Positions 31,064 through 40,922 of a DNA stretch of 64,000 nt are shown here, in pieces (the stretch's first letter is position 1; each line of letters begins with the position of its first letter). The position numbers were made by a program, and so were the translations under genes. This DNA is from Candidatus Poseidoniales archaeon. Its GTDB lineage: Archaea; Thermoplasmatota; Poseidoniia; Poseidoniales; Poseidoniaceae. The stretch spans positions 40,683 to 104,682 of the forward strand of contig JAYODQ010000001.1 in the NCBI GenBank assembly GCA_038106355.1. Reading direction: 5' to 3'. Below the pieces are notes generated by a model that had not been told where the DNA came from, searched no databases, and was given only the letters and a program-made list of their open reading frames with translations.

Positions 31064-32065
31064 CTAAATCAAATCTGTGTACACCTTCGGGGCTCGTGCT
31101 TGAACAATGGTTCGATACACGCCAAACATTGCCCACAACATGACCATGGCTAAGACAAGTATGATTCCCCACGACTGTGAGGTATCAACACTCCATGCAA
31201 AGATGATGACCATAATCAGGGACACGATGGTTCTGCGGATGCCTTGAGGTATCGCAAGACTCATGTCTAAATGTGGTGGCCCTCCACCGAATTTACGTTC
31301 GTAAAATTCTCCTTGAATGACTGCACCAACCAAGATTAATGCAAGTGTAGTCCAATAATACAAATTGCCATTTGCAAAGAAATTGTGAGCGATACTTTCT
31401 TGTCGCTCAGCTTCAAGTGCATCTGGGTCTTCGACAGCAACAAACAATGAATCATAATCACCAACGCTAATGGTTCGAAGCGAAATGTCGTCGAGGGCAA
31501 CAATTGCTGCATCTGAGGGACCAGGTATAGAGAAAGAAAGAATATTCCAATGGTCTAATTCATTTGGAATGCCATCTCCATTGACAGCGTTGCCAGCCAG
31601 TTGAAATGCTACAGGCCCAAGGTCTTCGTCTGGGGCAACCCAAGTGATGACCCAAGAGTTTCCTGGCTCTAGTTGCGAAAGTGCTGCAACATCTTCATTG
31701 TTTGCATCCTTGACGATTTGGCTTCCGACACCAGGAATCAATTCACCCTTTTCATAGGCATGAATGACAAATCCACCTTCATCATTTGAAGCATGACTCA
31801 ATGAGATGGTCATTTGATACGCCTGACTCAAATTATAAGTTCTGGGGACACCAGAAATTGACAAAACAAGTTCAGTTGATGGTGAACCTCCTCCGTGACA
31901 TGTGCACCCAGTTTCTACGATGGGGTCACCATTATTTATCCAAGGAGGACCATTTGGGTTGCCCATGACTGGTGCGATGAGTAACATCGAAAACACGAGC
32001 GTCGAGAGGAAGAATTTACGCTTTAATGTCATTCGTTCACCAAACCTACCACATAAACTCGTCAT
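31064..32065 (-). CDS. Secreted protein with KR-type Tat-like signal peptide (TLKRKFFLSTLVF) and C-terminal membrane segments; function unknown
   Basis: 333 aa. Its signal peptide resembles the S/T-R-R-x-F-L-K consensus with K-R. It ends 2 nt before tatC. The C-terminal ~80 aa are hydrophobic. Confidence 0.45.
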   Translation of the reverse strand: MTSLCGRFGERMTLKRKFFLSTLVFSMLLIAPVMGNPNGPPWINNGDPIVETGCTCHGGGSPSTELVLSISGVPRTYNLSQAYQMTISLSHASNDEGGFVIHAYEKGELIPGVGSQIVKDANNEDVAALSQLEPGNSWVITWVAPDEDLGPVAFQLAGNAVNGDGIPNELDHWNILSFSIPGPSDAAIVALDDISLRTISVGDYDSLFVAVEDPDALEAERQESIAHNFFANGNLYYWTTLALILVGAVIQGEFYERKFGGGPPHLDMSLAIPQGIRRTIVSLIMVIIFAWSVDTSQSWGIILVLAMVMLWAMFGVYRTIVQARAPKVYTDLI

Positions 32066-32101
32066 TTGAATGTTGCTTTACTTCGTTGTGAAATTCAAGG
32101 A

Positions 32102-33550
32102 CTATGACTCTTTAATTGAATTATTGAGTGAGGTCATCATTGCTTTTCCATCGCCAAACAGCATCATAGTTTTATCCATGTAGAAGAGGTCGTTGTCAAC
32201 CCCAGCATAACCGACAGATAACGATCTTTTGACAATAACAACCGTTCTTGCGAGGTCGGCATCAATGATTGGCATTCCTGCAAGGGGTCCTTCCCCAGTT
32301 CGAGCCGCTGGGTTACATGTATCGTTTGCTCCAATGATAAGAGCAACATCGCATTCAGGAAATTCTGAATTTATTTCGTCCATTTCGATGAGTTGTTCAT
32401 AAGGAACATTCGCTTCTGCAAGCAAGACATTCATGTGACCGGGCATTCTTCCAGCAACGGGGTGAATTGCGTATTTCACTTCAGTTTCGTACTTTTCAGC
32501 GATAAGATCACCGAATTCCTTAACTTGGTGCTGACATTGTGAAACCGCCATGCCATAGCCTGGAACGATGATGACTTTTTGGGCACCGTCAAGAATCATT
32601 GCAACCTCGTCGGGGTCTGAACCTACTTTGGTTCGTGTAAGGGCTTCTTTCACGCTTCCTCCAAAGGATTTGAACAATACATCTGCCAAAGTTCTGTTCA
32701 TTGCTTTACACATGATGAACGTGAGAATAAGACCCGATGCCCCTACGAGTGAACCTGCAACAATCAACACTGAATTTTGGATAATGAAACCGGTAAAGGC
32801 TGCTGCGATTCCGGAGAGAGAGTTGAGCAAGGATACAACGACAGGCATATCCGCACCTCCGATGGGCAACACTAGGATAATGCCGAGCAAGCACGATATG
32901 GCAACGATAGCGTAGAGGTACTGGACATTGTCTGGTTCATTGATACTCAAATAAATGAGGGCAAACACACCAACCATGAGCAATGCTTTGATTGGATTGA
33001 GCCAACTTGGGCCCCATGTTGGTGTTCGAATCCATTTTCCAAAGATGGATACTCCACCTTTGAGTTTGTACATGGCGAGCAGTGAGCCTGTGAGCGTCAT
33101 CCATCCAACGAGGGCTGACAATCCGGCCGCGAGAACGACGATTCCCTTTGTGAGATCATCAGGAAAAACACTGGCATCTTGGGCATACTTCCAGGACTCA
33201 GAAAAAGCAACAAGTGCAGATGCTGCACCGCCGAAACCATTGAACAATGCTACCATTTCTGGCATGCCAGTCATCTCTACTTTGACAGCCATGATGTAAC
33301 CGATAAGAGAGCCCAATGCTAGTCCTGCAACGATGAGTGTCCAGTTCATGGGGTCATTCGAGTTTGATTGCAATTGCATATCTAGAACAGTTGTGATGAC
33401 GGCAATGAGCATACCGATTGCACCGTACAAGTTGCCACGAGGTGCGGTCCGTGGGTGGCCCAACTTCTTAAGGCCGAAAATAAAGAATGAAGCGGAGAGG
33501 AGATAGCCAAGAGCCGTCCAATTTGAGAGAATTCCTTGCAGGTCGACCAT
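32102..33550 (-). CDS. pntB: NAD(P) transhydrogenase subunit beta
   Basis: PGYGMAVSQCQHQV, ALIIGANDTCNPAA and GGADMPVVVSLLNSLSG motifs, with a multi-TM N-terminal half. Confidence 0.9.
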   Translation of the reverse strand: MVDLQGILSNWTALGYLLSASFFIFGLKKLGHPRTAPRGNLYGAIGMLIAVITTVLDMQLQSNSNDPMNWTLIVAGLALGSLIGYIMAVKVEMTGMPEMVALFNGFGGAASALVAFSESWKYAQDASVFPDDLTKGIVVLAAGLSALVGWMTLTGSLLAMYKLKGGVSIFGKWIRTPTWGPSWLNPIKALLMVGVFALIYLSINEPDNVQYLYAIVAISCLLGIILVLPIGGADMPVVVSLLNSLSGIAAAFTGFIIQNSVLIVAGSLVGASGLILTFIMCKAMNRTLADVLFKSFGGSVKEALTRTKVGSDPDEVAMILDGAQKVIIVPGYGMAVSQCQHQVKEFGDLIAEKYETEVKYAIHPVAGRMPGHMNVLLAEANVPYEQLIEMDEINSEFPECDVALIIGANDTCNPAARTGEGPLAGMPIIDADLARTVVIVKRSLSVGYAGVDNDLFYMDKTMMLFGDGKAMMTSLNNSIKES

Positions 33551-33879
33551 CAGTTCTTCCCCCTATTTTTGCCAGCAATCATATTCAGCATTCGATTGGT
33601 TACGGCGAATCCACCCACGACGTTGATCATGGCAAGAACGAGTGCAATAAATGCAAGGATACCCGAGAGTTCGGTGTTTCCTTGGTCGAAAGCCACGTTT
33701 GAACCGATGAGTGCTCCTACAACGCTGATGCCAGAAATTGCATTCGCACCACTCATCAATGGAGTGTGCAATGTGGCGGGCACTTTGGTAATCAATTCAA
33801 AGCCAAGGAAAATTGCCAGCAAAAAAAGTGTCAAATTTGCGATGAGCATATCTTCAGTAATAATTTCAAGCACCATCAA
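33550..33879 (-). CDS. pntAB: NAD(P) transhydrogenase subunit alpha part 2 (membrane)
   Basis: 109 aa, three or four TM helices. Tightly coupled between pntAA and pntB (overlapping stop/start). Confidence 0.85.
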   Translation of the reverse strand: MMVLEIITEDMLIANLTLFLLAIFLGFELITKVPATLHTPLMSGANAISGISVVGALIGSNVAFDQGNTELSGILAFIALVLAMINVVGGFAVTNRMLNMIAGKNRGKN

Positions 33880-35069
33880 ATCATCTCCATCAATCGCGTT
33901 TGTTTGGTATGTACTTCTCCGTCTTTTGTCAAAAGCACACCCCCCATACCCTTCACAAAAAAGTCAGACCCCTCGGGGGCACCTACCAAAATGTCGTCCT
34001 CATCACTCAAGACAACGTGACCGTCTTTGACAAGAGAGGTGAAAAATGTGGTCAAGTTGTTTGAATACAACATGCTTGCGGTGTTTGCAAGAGTCCCTGG
34101 TAAATTCGAAGTTCCTACAACAATCACACCATTTGAGGTTGTTATGACCTCACCTGGCTTGGTCGCTTCGCAATTGCCACCTACATCTGCATTCATATCC
34201 ACAACAACCGCTCCGGATTTGAATGAATCAACTGCAGACTGAGGTACGGTAATAGGCGCTGGCCGACCGAATATGCGAGCTGTGGTAATGATGATATCTG
34301 CATCCTTTGCGACTGCACAGACAGTATCGTTTACTTTTTGAATAAATTCTGGGGTTAGTGGCTTAGCATATCCAGACTCATCTTCAAAGTCATCCATTCC
34401 ATCGACTTCGATAAATCGGCCACCGACCGATTCGATTTGCTCTGCAGCACTTTTTCGTACGTCCGAAGCATACACAATGGCACCGAGTCGTTTTGCAGTG
34501 GCGATAGCTTGCAAACCTGCAACTCCACTTCCCATCACGACCACTTTTGCAGGTTTGACAGTCCCTGCAGATGTAGTCATCATCGGAATGCCCTTAGGTA
34601 CATGAGCTGCACCGAGCAATACTGCTTTGTATCCAGAAAGATTATCTTGACTAGAATTGACATCCATTGACTGTGCACGGGAGAGTCGACGAGGAATCAT
34701 ATCCATCGAGAGTAAATTGACTCCCTTCTCTTTGCAAGCAGATACGCGGTCAGGATGTCGAAAAGGATCTGCAACACATGCAATGTTTGTTCCGCTTTGT
34801 AATTCATCGATGCTGGGGAATTGAATTGAGAGAATATTTTCGCAGGCAAATACTTCTGACCTTGAGACCAAAGAAGCCCCTGCTTCAACATATTCTTCAT
34901 TGTTGTAATTTGCAAGGAGTCCGGCGTCATGTTCTACAAAAATTTTGAATCCTGCCTTCGATAATTTCTTGATGCTGGAAGGGACCAAACCGACACGAGT
35001 TTCACCTTCTGGTTCTTTAGGAACACCCAATCGAAGTGCCGAATTTTTGCTTGATGATTCATCAGTCAT
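33876..35069 (-). CDS. pntAA: NAD(P) transhydrogenase subunit alpha part 1 (alanine dehydrogenase-like dI)
   Basis: VVVMGSGVAGLQAIATAKRLGAIVYASDVR Rossmann motif, with AlaDH/PNT N- and C-domains. Confidence 0.9.
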   Translation of the reverse strand: MTDESSSKNSALRLGVPKEPEGETRVGLVPSSIKKLSKAGFKIFVEHDAGLLANYNNEEYVEAGASLVSRSEVFACENILSIQFPSIDELQSGTNIACVADPFRHPDRVSACKEKGVNLLSMDMIPRRLSRAQSMDVNSSQDNLSGYKAVLLGAAHVPKGIPMMTTSAGTVKPAKVVVMGSGVAGLQAIATAKRLGAIVYASDVRKSAAEQIESVGGRFIEVDGMDDFEDESGYAKPLTPEFIQKVNDTVCAVAKDADIIITTARIFGRPAPITVPQSAVDSFKSGAVVVDMNADVGGNCEATKPGEVITTSNGVIVVGTSNLPGTLANTASMLYSNNLTTFFTSLVKDGHVVLSDEDDILVGAPEGSDFFVKGMGGVLLTKDGEVHTKQTRLMEMI

Positions 35070-35224
35070 GCGTTATCACCGTCCATATGAGATTGTGGAC
35101 ATTCTTTCCCAATCAAACGAGGTTTTTCAATACCACGCTAATGAACTTTCAAATCAAAGATTGAGAATATGAAACCATTTACCTTATGGACTTGAGCAAG
35201 AAGCGGGCAAACAGACGTGAGAAC

Positions 35225-36160
35225 ATGAGGGGTCAACGCAAAATTGCAGTCATTGGAGCAGGAAATGTTGGTGCTACCTGCGCATTCGCATTAGCATCGA
35301 TGAAAATTGGACAAATTGTTTTGCTAGATATCTTTGAAGGCTTTGCGAAAGGAAAGGCACTTGATTTGTCTCAAAATTCAAACATTCTCAATTACGACGG
35401 CCAAATCATTGGTACATCGGATTATGCTGATATTGCAGGTTCAGATGTCGTTGTGGTGACAAGTGGTTTTCCACGAAAACCAGGTATGACTCGAGAGGAT
35501 TTGATTGGTAAAAATGCAGAAATTGTTGAACAAGTGGGTCAAGGTATCAAAGAACATGCTCCCGATTGTGTCATTGTGGTCGTAACGAACCCACTCGATC
35601 TCATGACCTATCACATGCAAAAAGTGACCGGTTTCCCTACAAATCGCGTGGTGGGTCAAGCTGGTGTTCTTGACAGTGCTCGAATGGCTCATTTTATTGC
35701 TCTTGAACTCAACTGTGCTGAAGAAGACGTTTCACCAATGGTCCTCGGTGGTCACGGTGATACGATGGTTCCGCTTCCTCGATACACGACGGTGGGTGGT
35801 ATTCCGATAACCCAACTGATGGATGAAGCGACCATTGAAGCCATCTCGCAGCGCACGGCAAGTGGTGGTGGCGAAATTGTAAAACTCCTAGGTAATGGCT
35901 CAGCATTTTATGCTCCAGGCTCGGCAGCCGCCATCATGGCTGAATCGATTTTAAATGACCGACGAAGAATGATTCCCGCATCTTGTTACCTTTCAGGACA
36001 ATATGGTCTTGATGACGTGTATATCGGAGTCCCGTGCATCATTGGGGCAAATGGTGTAGAAAGAATCTTTGAAATTGAGTTGAATAGTTCAGAGTTGGAA
36101 TCTCTCCAAGGCTCTGGTCAATTTTACAAGAGCCAGCTAAAAGAAATTCTAGGGTATTAG
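35225..36160 (+). CDS. mdh: Malate dehydrogenase (LDH-like family)
   Basis: KIAVIGAGNVGATCAFAL, VVVTSGFPRKPGMTREDL (Arg at the substrate-specificity position), and GGHGDTMVP. Confidence 0.85.
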   Translation: MRGQRKIAVIGAGNVGATCAFALASMKIGQIVLLDIFEGFAKGKALDLSQNSNILNYDGQIIGTSDYADIAGSDVVVVTSGFPRKPGMTREDLIGKNAEIVEQVGQGIKEHAPDCVIVVVTNPLDLMTYHMQKVTGFPTNRVVGQAGVLDSARMAHFIALELNCAEEDVSPMVLGGHGDTMVPLPRYTTVGGIPITQLMDEATIEAISQRTASGGGEIVKLLGNGSAFYAPGSAAAIMAESILNDRRRMIPASCYLSGQYGLDDVYIGVPCIIGANGVERIFEIELNSSELESLQGSGQFYKSQLKEILGY

Positions 36161-36201
36161 ACAAATATACGCCCAGAATGGTTCGAGAAAGTTGAATCGA
36201 A

Positions 36202-36873
36202 TCATTTTGTATGGAACGCACCCGGAAGGAATGTCCATCGGATATCATTTGGCTCAACATGAGCGTAATGGCTCAATATCCTTGGTTCATTGGCTACTTT
36301 ATCATGATAAGCTAATAGGTGTGGGTATCGTTGGACCACTGAAACATCAATGCCATCATAATTTCCAGAAAAAAGAGCAAATACTTCAGTAAATAACTTT
36401 AGGTCAGCGATACTCATTTCATAAGTTTCAGCAGCCCATCCTGTGTTTGAATCTCGCAACTTGTCATCGAATTTCTGGAGTGATTCAGAGCAAGTACCTC
36501 CATGGTCAAACAAATTTTTCCGTAGGCGGATTCGCTCTGATTGGTCTGAAATTCCAAACGTCGTATCAAGCCCACGAGCTAAGGGCCCCATTCCATCAAT
36601 GAATTCATCTACTTTCGCTGCCAAGTATGGGTTTTCTGGAACCAATCCAGCGAACTTTCCAGCATAACGCAAAATTGCTGAGGACTCTGCTATTGTTCCA
36701 TACTCTGTTTGTAAGACAGGTAGCATATTCCAAGGTAATTCTCCACTTGCACGCATTGTATCGAATCGTTCACCATTGACTTCAACATCCTCCCATTCAA
36801 GTCCTGATAACGCTAAAGCAACCCTGCTTGCCTCTCCTCTGCCGGGAACTGGAAAATAGACCAATCTGTTCAT
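36202..36873 (-). CDS. Glutathione S-transferase-like protein
   Basis: Thioredoxin-like GST N-domain RLVYFPVPGRGEASRVALAL...LPVLQTEYGTIAESSAILRY. Start set at Met 36873 to avoid a 70-nt overlap with the upstream gene. Confidence 0.5.
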   Translation of the reverse strand: MNRLVYFPVPGRGEASRVALALSGLEWEDVEVNGERFDTMRASGELPWNMLPVLQTEYGTIAESSAILRYAGKFAGLVPENPYLAAKVDEFIDGMGPLARGLDTTFGISDQSERIRLRKNLFDHGGTCSESLQKFDDKLRDSNTGWAAETYEMSIADLKLFTEVFALFSGNYDGIDVSVVQRYPHLLAYHDKVANEPRILSHYAHVEPNDIRWTFLPGAFHTK

Positions 36874-36895
36874 GCTCTTGCGAGGTTTAACGCAC

Positions 36896-37567
36896 TCATG
36901 ATTGTTGTTCTTCATCTTCTTGTCGATCAATACATAGCGATTGAGAGTATCCTTGAGTTGTGACATGTTCAGCAGGATTGTTTCTTCGCATCAATTTTTT
37001 CCCATGGAAACCACGGCTTCGCATTCTCGTCAGTATCTCCTGACCAATGTAGCAACCTTTGGCTTCATGGACCAAATGTTCTAATCCACAATTGAATGGA
37101 TGTAAATTTGGTACAATCTCATGGCCTTGGTGAGGTATCATGTTGTTGACTCGGTACTCATTAAATTCTTCAAGGGTCAATGTAATGTCAATTTGAATTG
37201 AACTCGAGGCAACAATGAGCCAACCACGAAATGTTGGTACAACTGTAATTCCATCAGCTGGAGGAAAATGTTCAGTGCTAAGATAGACCTTGTTGTTTGG
37301 CGTTATGTCCCGAATAGCAACATCTTGTTGAAGAATTTTCGATGTCAATTGCCGAAGAAGTTTTTCCTTGTAATTTGCAAAGCCCACAAGAGCAATTTGT
37401 TGACCGACCTCGATGACATCGACCATATCAATAATTTTCGCGTTTTGGTCAGTAAAAACTGTGGTGCAAGTTCCTGTTACTTTATTCGTAGATAAGCCAT
37501 CGACGAATTTTATGCAATCGTTACCTGAGAGAAGTAAGACGTACGAATCGAGTTGAATCAAACCCAT
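36896..37567 (-). CDS. YgfZ/CAF17-type folate-binding protein (GcvT-like; Fe-S cluster maintenance)
   Basis: Signature KGCYIGQEILTRM near the C-terminus, with a GcvT-like fold-sized N-terminus. Confidence 0.6.
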   Translation of the reverse strand: MGLIQLDSYVLLLSGNDCIKFVDGLSTNKVTGTCTTVFTDQNAKIIDMVDVIEVGQQIALVGFANYKEKLLRQLTSKILQQDVAIRDITPNNKVYLSTEHFPPADGITVVPTFRGWLIVASSSIQIDITLTLEEFNEYRVNNMIPHQGHEIVPNLHPFNCGLEHLVHEAKGCYIGQEILTRMRSRGFHGKKLMRRNNPAEHVTTQGYSQSLCIDRQEDEEQQS

Positions 37568-37576
37568 TGGGCAACC

Positions 37577-37957
37577 TCAAGAGAATGATTCGCCGCATCC
37601 ACAAGAACTTGAGGCATTGGGATTGTTAATTTTGAATCCCCCGCCCATTAACCTGTCAACATAATCTATTTCGATACCGTTGAGAAGGTGACTGCTTGCA
37701 TTGGGTACGAGCACACGAAAACCGTTGATTTCCAATTCTTGACAATCGATGTCGGTACTTTCTACAATTTGCAAATCATACATGTAGCCTGAACAACCGC
37801 CAGAAAGTACGCCCACGAGGAGAGCATGACTTCGGTCATCTCCAAAAGCGTCTTCAAGCATTTCTGTAGCCTTTTGTGTCATCGTAAGTTCAACTTCAAC
37901 AACTTGAGGTGCATTGATGACAATTGCAGGTCCGGAGTCGCATGTGCCACAGTCCAT
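37577..37957 (-). CDS. A-type Fe-S cluster carrier (IscA/SufA/ErpA family)
   Basis: C-terminal SCGCGESF. Internal SGGCSGYMYDL and GFKINNPNA motifs. Confidence 0.7.
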   Translation of the reverse strand: MDCGTCDSGPAIVINAPQVVEVELTMTQKATEMLEDAFGDDRSHALLVGVLSGGCSGYMYDLQIVESTDIDCQELEINGFRVLVPNASSHLLNGIEIDYVDRLMGGGFKINNPNASSSCGCGESFS

Positions 37958-38007
37958 GTTATTCCCACCATGTGGAGATTTTTGAATCTGTTTGTTGATG
38001 AACTCAT

Positions 38008-40275
38008 TTAGCGGTTTTTCTTGAGTTGCTGTTTCTTAAGAATTTCACATCGTCTAATTTGGTCTTTTGCTACGAGTTGTGTGGATTCATCAAGGCCACG
38101 TGGAATCGCCTGTTTGAAACATTTTATCGCATCAGTGTAACGTTCCATGGACGCATAAGCTGCCCCCATATTGTACAGAGTTTGTCCTCGAACATCGGTT
38201 GGACGTATCATCATTGCCTGATGGTACGATTCAATGCATTTTGGGAATTCCTCTAAGAAATAATACGCATTTCCTCGGCCATTGAGAATTCGAATGATCA
38301 TGCCTTCATCGTCTTTGAAGGATGTGAGTGCTTTATCAAAACTGGATAGTGCTTCACGATATTTCTTATCCTCAAGCAATAATATGCCCTGATTGTACCA
38401 TTGAATATCATGGTTTGCAATTGAACTTGATTGAGATGAAGTTGTTTGAACGCGTTGTAGTGCTTCAGTTGCATCCAATGCCGCCTTTGCTAAATCGACA
38501 ACGGGATTCTCCTCAACGACTCGAACAGGTCGAGGCTCAATTGGTGTTTGTAAAACGGAATTAGCGTGAAGTGTTTCTGGAGCAACATTGTGCGGTTCTG
38601 ATTGAACAGGCATTGGTTCAATTGGTTGAAGTAACAATTCGTGTTGAGCTGCATCAACATGTTGCGGAGGGTTTTGCTCAGTTGGCGAGGGTGACTCTTG
38701 ATGATACTGTACTTCTGATGCTTCAGTAGCCCCTTGAGGATTAAGGAGAGAACGTGCTTTGGCATGACATTTTTCAGCTTTTTCGATTTCACCCGCTCTC
38801 TCAAGAGAACGAGCTAAACCTGTCCAATGGTCGAACGAACCATCATTTTTAATCAGAGTTTTCCACATTGTTATGGATGCTACATGGTTGTTGGACAGTG
38901 AAAGTGCACGTGCATGTGCACCAGAGACCTCATCGCCTATGAATGACAATGCCTCAGTTGCCATTTCGGGGCCAGCAGGCAAGGTAGGAGGCAATCCTTG
39001 GGTGTTTTCGAGAATGGTTGATTCCCCTTCCGCTAAATCAAGGAGTACTTGGATGAGTTGATGCTTTGAAACTTCATTACCGAGACTTGTCAACGACCGC
39101 AATGAGTTGAGGTAATCTTCAATAAGTCCAGCATCCTTTGAGATTTGGTTGATGGCTTGAAGAGCCGAACTATTGCTTGAGTCAAGTATGACGGCTTGCT
39201 CAAAACTTCGTTTTGCTTCTATGGATTGACCCACGGTGCGTTGCAATTGACCTAAAGCCATCCAGCCTTCAAGACTGTCATTGTTCAAATTCAATGCGTG
39301 AGTTAATGATGCGATAGCATGTGTATCGTGCCCGAGTTTGGAGAGTGATAATCCTGCCATCATCCAAGCTTCTCCATTTGTGGCTGCAATACTCTTGAGA
39401 TGTGGCTTGAGTGTGGTAAATGTGTTTTTGAAATCTGATCGTTCAAAATGCTGACGTGCTTCATCAAGCAATTGATTGAGAACATCTTCTTCGTTGTGGT
39501 CCTCAATCTCTGGTTCAGGTTCACTGGTCAGAGTTTCAATGGTCTGCTCTTGAGTGGTCGCTTGTAAAGCGGATTCTTTTGCAACAACCATACTTGCTGC
39601 ACTTCGTAATTCTTCGATGTCAAGGTGCTGATTGTCATCCTCGTCGTGATGGACAGCTTCGGCAAGCACATCTTCTGGATTTTCAAGCCCAGCTTCTTCA
39701 AGAACGGATTGCATTTCTTCTTCATCGTAACTTTGCGTTAACTTGATGCTTGGTTGCATTGATTCAACTGCAATCGAGATACCACTGCCTTTGCATCGAG
39801 ATTGAACATCAAGTAATGCAGGGTGCCCTGGGAAGAACGACAGTGCACGTTTGGCTGTTTCGTATGCACCCTCCAAGTCTCCAATTCGCTCTAGCAAAAT
39901 AGCCATGTTTGCTGTTGCAGGAGCGTGGTCTGGGTTGAGGTCAAGACAGATTTGAAACGATTGTCGAGCCCCTCTTGCATCCTGCTGAGCTTCCAACAAG
40001 ACTCCTCGATTGAACCAAGCCATGTCACACGACGGGTCGAGGGCGATGGCTTTGTTGAAGGATGAAAGGGCCCCTTTGATGTCATTGTTTCGTGAAGCAT
40101 CTTCCCCCACAATAAGTAAGGCCTCAATTTCCCTTGAAATTTTGTCTTCTTCAGACTCTTCCTCAAAAGAATCGATTGTCGGTTCTTCTTCTGACATGGA
40201 TGTATCTCCTTGTTCATCTTGCGATATGTCATCTTGGTCATCATCCAAGTCGGTCTCGTAGATATCGTCCGTCAT
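38008..40275 (-). CDS. Large acidic TPR-repeat protein
   Basis: Many 34-aa TPR units (A..Y......G.......F..A..L.P motifs). The N-terminus is an extreme Asp/Glu run. Start set at Met 40275 (MTDDIYE); the longer track ORF would overlap the divergent gene. Confidence 0.55.
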   Translation of the reverse strand: MTDDIYETDLDDDQDDISQDEQGDTSMSEEEPTIDSFEEESEEDKISREIEALLIVGEDASRNNDIKGALSSFNKAIALDPSCDMAWFNRGVLLEAQQDARGARQSFQICLDLNPDHAPATANMAILLERIGDLEGAYETAKRALSFFPGHPALLDVQSRCKGSGISIAVESMQPSIKLTQSYDEEEMQSVLEEAGLENPEDVLAEAVHHDEDDNQHLDIEELRSAASMVVAKESALQATTQEQTIETLTSEPEPEIEDHNEEDVLNQLLDEARQHFERSDFKNTFTTLKPHLKSIAATNGEAWMMAGLSLSKLGHDTHAIASLTHALNLNNDSLEGWMALGQLQRTVGQSIEAKRSFEQAVILDSSNSSALQAINQISKDAGLIEDYLNSLRSLTSLGNEVSKHQLIQVLLDLAEGESTILENTQGLPPTLPAGPEMATEALSFIGDEVSGAHARALSLSNNHVASITMWKTLIKNDGSFDHWTGLARSLERAGEIEKAEKCHAKARSLLNPQGATEASEVQYHQESPSPTEQNPPQHVDAAQHELLLQPIEPMPVQSEPHNVAPETLHANSVLQTPIEPRPVRVVEENPVVDLAKAALDATEALQRVQTTSSQSSSIANHDIQWYNQGILLLEDKKYREALSSFDKALTSFKDDEGMIIRILNGRGNAYYFLEEFPKCIESYHQAMMIRPTDVRGQTLYNMGAAYASMERYTDAIKCFKQAIPRGLDESTQLVAKDQIRRCEILKKQQLKKNR

Positions 40276-40385
40276 GTTACCACCACTCCTAAGCGAATCG
40301 CTTGATTGAATAAGCGTTGCTTCTCCTTGACTTCCCGACAAAACCTTACATTCATAATTCTGTGCCTTTTGGGTGCAATTGTGGT

Positions 40386-40922
40386 ATGATGAAAATTCTA
40401 GGTTTGTGCGGTGAGTATGGTCCAAATTCAAAAAGTGGTATGTTGGTAGGACTAGCGTTGAAATATGCTGAACAACAAGGTGCAGAAGTCGTCTTTTGGG
40501 ATGCAACCCAAACGCCACTTCCACTTGTTGGTGAAGAAGGTTGTTGGAATCACCCTCATGTGAAATTGTTTCAAGACCTATTGCTTGAGTGCGATGGTTT
40601 CCTTGTTGCCTCACCAGAATATCATGGGAGTTTGTCCGGTGTCATGAAGAACACCTTTGACTGGATGTACGATAAACATGTAGGGGGCAAGGTCTTCGGG
40701 CTCATGTCAACACTTGGCGGTATGTCGAACAGCAACACTATCAATCACATGCGTATTATTGTTCGGTGGTTACATGGTTGGTCCGTGCCTGAACAACTTG
40801 TGATTGGCCATGTGAAGGACGCATTTGACGAACATGGTCATTTGACTGATGAATCACTCAACCATCGATTGCATGATATCGTCAATTCTGTCATGAAGAC
40901 CGTTGAGAAATTTTCGTCGTGA
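40386..40922 (+). CDS. NAD(P)H-dependent FMN reductase (flavodoxin-like; ArsH/SsuE/ChrR family)
   Basis: MKILGLCGEY... SPEYHGSLSGVMKNTFDW matches the PF03358-type FMN reductase signature. Confidence 0.7.
   Translation: MMKILGLCGEYGPNSKSGMLVGLALKYAEQQGAEVVFWDATQTPLPLVGEEGCWNHPHVKLFQDLLLECDGFLVASPEYHGSLSGVMKNTFDWMYDKHVGGKVFGLMSTLGGMSNSNTINHMRIIVRWLHGWSVPEQLVIGHVKDAFDEHGHLTDESLNHRLHDIVNSVMKTVEKFSS

Noticed and set aside
31064-32065. CTCH in the secreted protein as a c-type heme-binding site
   Set aside because: The heme attachment motif is CxxCH. CxCH has the wrong spacing, so no cytochrome call is made.
40276-40614. Longer start (40614) for the TPR protein
   Set aside because: The extra 113 aa are non-TPR, His/Leu-rich, and would overlap the divergent FMN reductase gene. 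The Asp/Glu-rich true N-terminus begins at Met 40275.
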